Source: Octopus bimaculoides (Eukaryota). Taken from it: a stretch of 61,392 bases of DNA. This document shows positions 53,116-61,392 of the stretch, piece by piece. Where the stretch lies: positions 78,169,896-78,231,287 of the forward strand of contig NC_068990.1 in NCBI RefSeq assembly GCF_001194135.2. Reading direction: 5' to 3'. The number at the start of each line of letters is the position of its first letter. Positions within the stretch are counted from its first letter, which is position 1. Under the pieces are notes generated by a model. That model saw nothing but the letters and a program-made list of their open reading frames with translations, did no database searches and was not told the origin of the DNA. A program made the position numbers and the translations under genes.

Positions 53116-53515
53116 TTACATGTGTATATCAGCCTGCGGGTGCAATAATGTGGGCTTGCGGGTACAATTGCACTCGCAGGCAGGGATTTTCCCACCCTTT
53201 CTTAACAGGGACCGGAGAATGTGTACGTGTTTATATGCATCTTCATATTGACACAACTTATGGAATGGTAGTATTTATGTTCCACATAAACATGTCTGGC
53301 AGATGAGTGGAATAAAGTACCTTGAAAAAAATAAAAATATATAAGTGTTGGGCATGAAGAAGAGTGTCTAGCTGTAGAATACTGCCTCAAGAAGTTTCCT
53401 GCAAACCATATCAACATGGAAAACACTTGTAAAACCAATGATAATGATGATGTTGCCAATGTTTTGTTATACTTCTGAACAGGACACTCAATTCTGTAGG
53501 TCTCAGATAACTTAC

Positions 53516-53581
53516 CTTTATGGAACAAATATCAGGTTGTAGACCATAGCCTTTGGGGGTGAATCTGAAACATGGCTGTTG
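53516..53581 (-). CDS. Candidate 66-nt antisense exon (QQPCFRFTPKGYGLQPDICSIK)
   Basis: Acceptor tttttctctagtattttttcacacag|, donor AAG|gtaagt; only the phase-0 frame is open. No partner exons found. Confidence 0.3.
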
Positions 53582-53789
53582 CTGTGTGAAAAAATACTAG
53601 AGAAAAACTTATATTTAATCAACTTAATCCTATGCTTTGGGTTCCTTGTAACTTGTAAAGACCTCTTTATATTTCCAAGTGTATTTTACTATAGACTACC
53701 ATTCTGACTATGGCTGATATCTGTAGATGTCAGTGGATTAACATGGTTTCCATTTTTAATGTTCTTTTTCCTATTTTCTATTTCTCCAG

Positions 53790-54255
53790 AATTGTTAAGT
53801 CCAGTCTATTATTTCCATCTTCTATGGACAACACAGCCATCTCTACTTCACCACCTGTTGCTAATACAACTGATATCCTCACCGCTACTGCTCTTACAGA
53901 TATTAATATTACTGCGACTACTGTTAGTATCAATAATATTGAAACTTTTGAAGATTCTGATGAAGATGTCAAACTTTTTGACTTGAAGAGAAAGTTACAC
54001 GAAGGCTGTAAGTCAAACCACACGACAGATACTAAATATTTAGAAACTAATGGATTACTCCTAGAATTCCACAGCAAAGCAAAGAAGAGAAGGGGCCGAA
54101 AGCCGAAAATGGTGCACCCAAAATCATGTGATAGTGAAGAATTGAAGGAGGAAATAGAACAGTGTCTAGAGAAGAAAAAGACAAAAAGTTGTAAAAGAAA
54201 ATTACACAGCTACCAAATCCCTTTAAGCCCCCAGAAAGATCTTGGAAACAAGGTA
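53790..54255 (+). CDS. DNMT3: DNMT3-like gene, N-terminal exon (probable ATG at 53824; Thr-rich, acidic, then basic with KKRRGRKPK)
   Basis: Acceptor ctattttctatttctccag|; open frame to phase-0 donors at 54252 (AG|gtagta) or 54255 (GTA|gtaagt); splices in frame to the PWWP exon. Confidence 0.7.
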
Positions 54256-55058
54256 GTAAGTTATTTTACAACAAGGTTGTATTTTGTTTTAAGGTCTTTG
54301 AAATAATTTATTTAATAATTAAAAGTTGCTGAGCGTATTATCTCTTTATCTGATTAATTTCAACAGTGTTTGTTTACAACTACTAACCTTTTATTTTCAA
54401 GAATCTTGTATTTTTAGACAATCCTAGAATATTGGTTTTGTAGATTAAAAAAACCAACAAATCTTACATGTAAGCCTACAGATAAGCATTTTCCTATCTC
54501 TTTGCTACTAGCTGTGTCTTCTCTCTATTTCTTATATTACTACTATAAGCTGCTACTCCATTTGACACTAACCTTATACTGCTTTCTCAGTGTACACATT
54601 GCACTCTGCTTGGAAGTCCTTTTGTGTACTATAGATATATTGTCCAATTCTTTCCCACTCCTGACACTTGCAAGTTTCTATAATTCCTTCTTGCCAACAT
54701 GTTCTTTTCAATTAGCATCAGTTCAAATATTAACCATTCTAACCTCATCAAATTTTCTTCTGTTCATGCCCAAAGCAACTTACTTAGAATGGTGGATACT
54801 CTTAAATATCATTTGTAAATGAAGAATAAACAATTTTAATGTTGCTAAAGTATATTTTAGCAACAGAGAAATAACAGATATGAAACATTTTGTTACTAGT
54901 GAAAACCTTTCAAATGATGCCTGAATAAAATATGCATCCAACATTAAACAGCAGAGATGTTCACTATCAGATATAAATTATATTTTTCTTTCAGATGTTA
55001 TGGATTCATAGCGGAATGATTTTAAATTTACCTTCAAATGTTTCTCTCTATTGTCCAG

Positions 55059-55205
55059 TGTTTTCCTGTTGGCAGTGTAATATGGGGTAAATTATCTGGA
55101 TTCAAACCATGGCCAGGATTAGTAATAAATCATGAAGACATACAGAAAAAGTCATCTCCATTAACTGTCTGGGTTTTATGGTTTGGTGACTATAAAATCT
55201 CAGAG
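55059..55205 (+). CDS. DNMT3: DNMT3-like gene, PWWP exon 1 (CFPVGSVIWGKLSGFKPWPGLVINHEDIQKKSSPLTVWVLWFGDYKISE)
   Basis: Acceptor tctctattgtccag|, donor GAG|gtatgt, phase 0/0. Matches the DNMT3-type PWWP signature (human DNMT3A GELVWGKLRGFSWWPG...WVMWFGDGKFS). Confidence 0.9.
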
Positions 55206-55633
55206 GTATGTTATCTTCTATTTCATATGTTTAATGTCTGGAAAATTAACTAATTTTGTCAGAAATAGATATCTGTCTAATTTATCTGTGTGTGTGTGTG
55301 TGTATGATTGATATTCTTTAACTGTTGGAAGGTCTAGGCGGACTGTAACCAAGGATACCTGCTGCATCAAATACAATTAGTAAAGTGGATGCTTGTAAAC
55401 TTAATCCTAAATCTTTGGTCTCACATGCTCTCCCCTTTGGTGCATTTGTTTCTCTTTCTAACCTGAATGTTCACTAGTGATTAGATTCAGAATATAGTCT
55501 CCTTTTTTTCTTTTTTCTTTTTTGCTTGTAAAATAGTGTCCAATTAATATCTGATCATTGTGTGTGCCTGTGGTATGATGTGCATGTGTGTATGTACACA
55601 ACACACACTTGAGATTTTCCTTTGTAATTTCAG

Positions 55634-55732
55634 TTACCACTTTCTAAAGTGACTCGTTTTGACCAGTACTTTTATTTGAATTATAAGAATCCTTCCAAAG
55701 TGTTCAGCGTGGCTGTTACAGAAGCTCTAGAG
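55634..55732 (+). CDS. DNMT3: DNMT3-like gene, PWWP exon 2 (LPLSKVTRFDQYFYLNYKNPSKVFSVAVTEALE)
   Basis: Acceptor tttgtaatttcag|, donor GAG|gtaagt, phase 0/0. Aligns to VCVEKLMPLSSF...YRKAIYEVLQ. Confidence 0.88.
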
Positions 55733-56691
55733 GTAAGTGTACTCTTTGCTCTGTATAGTTGTTACTTTATTTATTTGTGTATAATGCACAAATGCTGGGG
55801 AAAAATATGTTTAGAACTACAAGATTTGTGTTTAGAACTACAAGTTAAATACCGGTCAATATGTACCTTTGAAGATGTGTGGAATATGAGATTGCTTACT
55901 TGAAAAACAAATAAATTTTATTGACAAAAAGGGTATCCAACTGTAATAATGCATTTGTCTAAGCCATGCTGACATAGAAAAATGGATGTAAAAATTAATG
56001 GAAACAAACTTAGAAATGAGTAAGAGTTGGCAGCTAGCTGTAGAATACTACTTCAACACCTAGCCCATGCCAGCATGGGAAACTTGGACAGAAAAAACAA
56101 TGGTGATGATTGCTTTTCTAAAATGTTCTTACTCTGGAAATAATTGCATGATAGAGTTTTACAGCATGGTTTTCAATCAAAATGAAATCCACCATAGCTT
56201 GAGATACTGTGTAGCTTTGGTGCTGGAATTGAGATATGACATGTCTGTGGGTTCATGCTAAATTGTTAGCAAACCAATAGCTGAACACAACCAATAGCAA
56301 TGTCATTGACATAAACATCATCACCAAAAATACTAACTTTAGTATTGATCCCCATTCATCATTATCAACACTATTTAGCCTCTGCTATCAGCATCAACCT
56401 ATGATTACATGAACGAATGAGGTTGTTTGGCTTGCTACAAATAGCAGCCAAATTTCACTCAAATTAGATCTTGCCATCTTATAACAAGAAGGGAGAACAC
56501 ATTGGGTAATATGAAGTGTAGTCCTAGATAATTCTCGTTTGAAAAAGAAAATAATGTAGGAGAGAATCACAGTGGGATTCTTTTGAATATGATTTACCTT
56601 AATCAAATCTGACCTGAAAGCCTAAACACCAGCCCCCCCCCCCCTCTCTTTTGCATGAGTACAGGTTGAAACTGATATTTTTGTATTCCAG

Positions 56692-56812
56692 GTATGTGCA
56701 CAACGTAGTGGTCTGAAAGAAGATGAACTTAGCTCTGAACATTTGTTTAACTGGGCAAAACACCGTTTTATGGAAATGGTTGAGGATAAAGATCCATTTC
56801 TACCTTTGAAAG
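56692..56812 (+). CDS. DNMT3: DNMT3-like gene, PWWP C-terminal exon (VCAQRSGLKEDELSSEHLFNWAKHRFMEMVEDKDPFLPLK+G)
   Basis: Acceptor atttttgtattccag|, donor G|gtcagg in phase 1. Aligns to VASSRAG...EWALGGF. Confidence 0.8.
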
Positions 56813-57589
56813 GTCAGGTTTGTTCGCTTTTGCATTTTAGAATCACCTGAAATATTAACATAGTTTCCCTCTGTCTTAATTTTCTATTTGTTGTATGTGG
56901 GTTAAGAGAGCATGCCCTCTGACTCCAGCGAAATTGATGTTCTTAATGTTCTGATTAAACTGTTACAAGTCAATACCTGCAGGCAGGGAAGACTAACCAT
57001 ATGGTTGAATGGATTTGACCATTTGTCCTCAGTCTAAAAATAAAAGCCCTTTCAAAATTCTTTGTTTGTCAGATCCGTTCTACCATTCAGGACCAAAGTT
57101 TTGATAACCAACAAAATTATTTTCTCTTTGATATTTAATGTTTATTGTTACGTTGCTGGACTTTTTTTTTTATCTATCCCATGTAAGTTAAAATTTTTCC
57201 TTTTTGACCAGGGTCTTTCATTGCTTTGTTGATTTATTAAGATTATTTTCCGTTTTATTCAAATTGACTTTCAATTCAAACACACACACGTACAGATATT
57301 TCTTTTATAAAATCTTTTGAACTTATGTCGATCTTATGTCAATTGAAAAAGATTTCGACAACTGATTAAAACAGAAGATTTCTATGACAATATAATAAAT
57401 GTATTTGCCTTGAAAGATCGAAGAACTGAATTAATTTATAAATAAGGTATGTAAATAATAATTTTTAGTACATCTTTTAAAAAAGTTTTAAATGCATTAA
57501 AACAGCAACCATCATGGGCATGTTATGAAACTAATTTGGTTCTTTTAAATAAACAATTATGAAAAATGAATTAGCTCAACCAATATGTA

Positions 57590-58805
57590 TGAGGGTGGGT
57601 TGAAACATTCATAGGTTGATTATGAAGGAGTGACGCTAGAAATGTTGCATGCATTCATTTCAACTTTGCATATTTATAACTGCATTGTTTCCGTGCAAGT
57701 AAACTGACATCTGACTGTTCAGAAAAGACTTCAAAAGTAACTAGTAGCAACTTCTCTCGAAAATAAATAAAATTTGGCATCGTGGTGTTATCACATATCT
57801 TCAGAAAAGGCTTTAGCCCACAAGGACATTCATGCTGACATGGTTGCTACATTACAGGATGACACTCCAGCTTTATCAACAGTGTAAAAGTAGGCAGTTG
57901 AATTCAGGAGGGGGAGGGGAGAGTCTTGAAGATGACATCCCACAACTGCCATCACTGAAGAAAACATTGATTGATGGATAACAGGCAATTGACTATAAAC
58001 CAAATAGCCAATGTTATTAGCATATCCTGTGAGGGAGTTGAGAATATTCTGCACAATGAACTTGGCTTGGCGAAGGTTCATGCTTGATGGGTGCCATGAC
58101 TTCTGACACCTGATCAAAAGCACACCAAGCTGGTCACATGACTGGGAAATCTGACATTGTTTGACGCAGATCCAGCTGGTCTTGTTGAATGTATCCTAAC
58201 GCATGATGAATGTTAGGTTCATCACTTTAAGCCAGAGACAATCAATGCAGGGGAAACACTCCTCCTCACCTGTTTGATAGAAAGCCAAGGTTGTTTCATC
58301 TGCAGGGAAGGTGATGGACTTAGTTATTTGGCATGCAAAAGGTGTGTTTATTTACCCTCTTCAAAAGGGCCATATCATCAGTGCAACGTACTATGCCAAC
58401 ATGCTGGGGCACTTACAAAATGCCCAGCAAAACTGACGAAAGCGTCTTCCTCCTCCTTTGTCAGGACAATGCTCCAGCACACATGTCCTTCGTTTCAATG
58501 GCTGCTATGTATGAATGACTTCGAACTAGTTGATCACCATCCCTATTCTCCTGATTTGGCTGTCTGACTATCATCTGTTTGCTAACATGAAAAACACATG
58601 GCTAGGAACCAGTATCACTATGGTGATGTCCTATTTGCTGTTGATAACTTTTTGGTGAACAGGAAGAAAGACTTTTCACCAATGGGCTCCAAGCACTGCA
58701 GCATCAATGGAAGAAGTATATGGACTGCAAGTGGTGGTGGTGGGGGGGTCTATGTTGAAAAATAAACCTTATTTGATCACATTTCATCTTTTCAATCAAC
58801 CCTTG
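57590..58805 (+). mobile_element. Mariner element, near full length (about 1.2 kb) and decayed, in a DNMT3 intron
   Basis: TA flanks at 57588-57589 and 58806-58807; TIR tgagggtgggttgaaa / ttcaatcaacccttg; motifs WVP*LLT, THDEC*VHHF and HHPYSPDLA. Confidence 0.9.
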
Positions 58806-58889
58806 TATTTATTGCATGACCAACCTCAAAAGTCACTGCATGCCACTGATATATGTGTGTGGATGTGTAAAAAAAAATCATTGATAGGG

Positions 58890-59760
58890 TATTACCCACC
58901 CTTAAGTCTAAAATTAGATTAGACTTCTGGTGGTTGGATGGTTTAAGCTTCTAGAAATTAGTAAGAATAGTAAATTCTTGCAACTAGATATAGAAAACTA
59001 TTAACCCGATTGTTCTTAATCAAGCCCTGATTTATTGCATGAAAAATTCTGATTTGTCCCGATGCGAAATAGATATTATCCGAGCCACTCTAGTAGATTA
59101 GATAGGGAGAATGCATTTGACATAGAAATGGGCTCGTACGACTCTGCTCAGATCACTGACCTAGTCGGTTTATATATCTTTTCATTAATGCAATCTTCCT
59201 TTCCAGAAGTAACAGGGGGTCTATATAGGGATAATGCTTTATTTTTCTGGACAGAAGTAGCAAAGTACAGTTAGAAAGAAATAGGAAAAATTTCTTTAGA
59301 CTTTTCAAAAATTTAGTACTAAATATTACAAATGGGTAAAGATTATTGTGGAGTGAATTTTCTTGACGCTAGCTTCTGTCTCGATACTGGATTATTTGAA
59401 CTATTTCATAAGCCAAATAATCATATTAAGTACATTAACATAGCATCCAACCATCCAACCTTGATTATATGGGGACTAGTTAAGGATATTTCTACAAGAA
59501 TTTCTAGATTATCTGCTAATAATAAAATTTTTGAATCACATGCAACTTATAATGCTGCTCTAGCTAGGGTTGGGTACTGTGAAAAAATTCAATATATACA
59601 CGAAGCAGGCATACACTACACTGGTAATTCATCCAACTGTGATACACATTGTACACCACCACAATGTCACGGTTTAAGAACTCACTCAGATAAAGAATAC
59701 AGACCAAGAAGAATTGTTGGAAGTATGAATGATTTGAATAGCACCTGCATTTGACTCCAT
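58890..59760 (+). mobile_element. Penelope-like retroelement RT fragment
   Basis: FDIEMGSYDSAQITDLVGLYI, GGLYRDNAL, VNFLDASFCL and YINIASNHP motifs. Confidence 0.85.
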
Positions 59761-60199
59761 TTCTCATTCTATCTGTTATACAAAAATATTTCACTTAGCC
59801 TTGGAATTTGTACCTTTATGAGCAGGCTGTAATATCCTTGGCACTCATGTGAATTTTTGCTACCCTAGTAAATATTTTTTCTGTGTTATTGTATACATTG
59901 AAAAAATACACATACATTTATGTGTGTTTATATATATGCATGCATGTGTACATATATATATGTGTGTGTATATATATATGTATATATATATGTGTGTGTA
60001 TATGGGGAAAGTAAGAAGAAAAAAGCGAAAATGCACATTGAATATCAAAAAAATAAAGGCATTTTTTATGAAAAGTAGTGATAAATAAATACAATTAGAT
60101 GAACTGAGGTAGAATTAAGAGGAATAAAAGTCATTATTTTGAACTGTTAAAGAGATTCAAAGTCAAACCGGTGTCATCATTGCTGTTCACTGGGTTTGA

Positions 60200-60216
60200 A
60201 TGTGTGTATATATATA

Positions 60217-60297
<81 letters not shown>

Positions 60298-60332
60298 GTG
60301 AGTATATGTATATATGTGTGTGTGTATATATA

Positions 60333-60365
<33 letters not shown>

Positions 60366-60510
60366 ATATATATTTGTATATATATGCGTGTGTGTGTATA
60401 TATATGTGTATATATATATATATATATTTGTATGTATATGTGTGTGTATATATATATATGTGTGTGTATGTGTATGTATATTCATATATGTCTATATATA
60501 GATGTGTGTG
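60200..60510. repeat. Compound (TG)n/(TA)n microsatellite
   Basis: Directly visible; source of the VCVYIY and THTHIY pseudo-ORFs. Similar tracts at 14670-14910 and 59920-60005. Confidence 0.97.
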
Positions 60511-61002
60511 TGTCTGTTTCCTTGTCTTAGCATCATATGATTGTTGTAAATGAATGACATTCATTTCTAATATTTTGCCAAGATCTGTTCTCTGACCTTA
60601 GGAAGATATTACCTTGCTTTGAAACAGGAAGGACATCTGGTAGTAGAAAATCTGTGTCAATAAATTCTGTCTGACCCTTGATGACTGGGCACTTTTTTTC
60701 ATTGCACTGGTGAGGTCATCTTGTAATTATCTAGACTAAAAAACTGCCAAACACATTTTAATCTGTACTTTCATCTCCTTACATCTGTACATATGTTACG
60801 AAAGCTAGATGTGCATATCATTCTAACATGGAATCAAAGATCAGGGCACGTTTGAGTAAAACAGGCAAAAAAGCAAACATTGTCATTTCCTTTCCTAGCA
60901 AAGATATTTTAGTACTCTTCAGTGCACTAGCTTCTCTGCAAAATTCATGTAGAGTTGTTGGACAGCGAGTTTCAACAATTGTCAAACCTATATATATATA
61001 TT

Positions 61003-61229
61003 AATTCTTTATTGCCCACAAGGGGCTAAACATAGAGGGGACAAACAAGGACAGACAAAGGGACTAAGTCGATTACATCGACCCCAGTGCGTAACTGGTA
61101 CTTATTCGATCAACCCCGAAAGGATGAAAGGCAAAGCCAACCTCGGCGGAATTTGAACTCAGAACATAACGGTAGGCGAAATACCGTTAAGCATTTTGCC
61201 TGGCGTGCTAACGATTCTGCCAGCTCGCC
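61003..61229 (-). mobile_element. SINE family B inserted in (TA)n
   Basis: Reverse complement of 12008-12242, flanked on both sides by cctatatatat. Confidence 0.9.
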
Positions 61230-61392
61230 TATATATATATATATATATATATAGTTTTAGGGAAAATAACCAATTTTCAAGAACTCATCGATGAAAATCC
61301 ACTATCACATATAGAAAAATTAATAATTAAAAGCACAATAAATGAGTATAATATAAAGTAAAGTAAATATCATAAGATAAATATAATAAAAA

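Larger units (their letters stand above)
45997..53200 (-). mobile_element. hAT (Charlie/SPIN, GTF2IRD2-like) transposon carrying nested insertions
   Basis: Transposase pieces in order on the minus strand: N-terminus from ATG at 50971, DETTD/EEFL/ATDG/CFIH segment 48183-48832, C-terminus 46500-46900. Termini CTGGGGTGGGGAAAC (45997) and ttttcccacccttt (53200); flanks TTTAATAG and CTTAACAG (6/8 match). Confidence 0.75.

Noticed and set aside
53710-53789. ORF-track start of the 198-aa ORF (MADICRCQW...)
   Set aside because: This part lies upstream of a strong splice acceptor and reads through a polypyrimidine tract, so it is intronic; the ORF tail after 54255 is intronic too.

Overview
AT-rich, repeat-dense animal genomic DNA from a gapped scaffold (12 large N-gaps plus 2 small ones). 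The SINE families, (CAT)n-tailed RTE LINEs and (TA)n/(CA)n microsatellites resemble my recollection of Octopus (coleoid cephalopod) DNA; the species assignment is inference. Most ORFs in the supplied track are artefacts of N-gaps, microsatellites or decayed transposons. The main host gene is at the right end: four spliced + strand exons (53790-56812) encoding a basic N-terminal region and a DNMT3-type PWWP domain. Its splice positions and phases match my recollection of vertebrate DNMT3A. The ADD and methyltransferase exons are not visible in the window. Weaker host-gene signals are two possible exons of an unidentified + strand gene (8323-8415, 9692-9787), two CpG-containing promoter-like islands (about 13.1 kb and 30.05 kb) and a possible antisense exon at 53516-53581. 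The rest is layered transposon debris: three tRNA-derived SINE families; RTE (with a PHD finger inside the RT region), CR1, Hero-like and Penelope retroelements; a Gypsy fragment; mariner, maT, Merlin and hAT DNA transposons; a Helitron; foldback MITEs; and two local duplications. Several nested insertions can be excised by eye to restore the host transposase frame.
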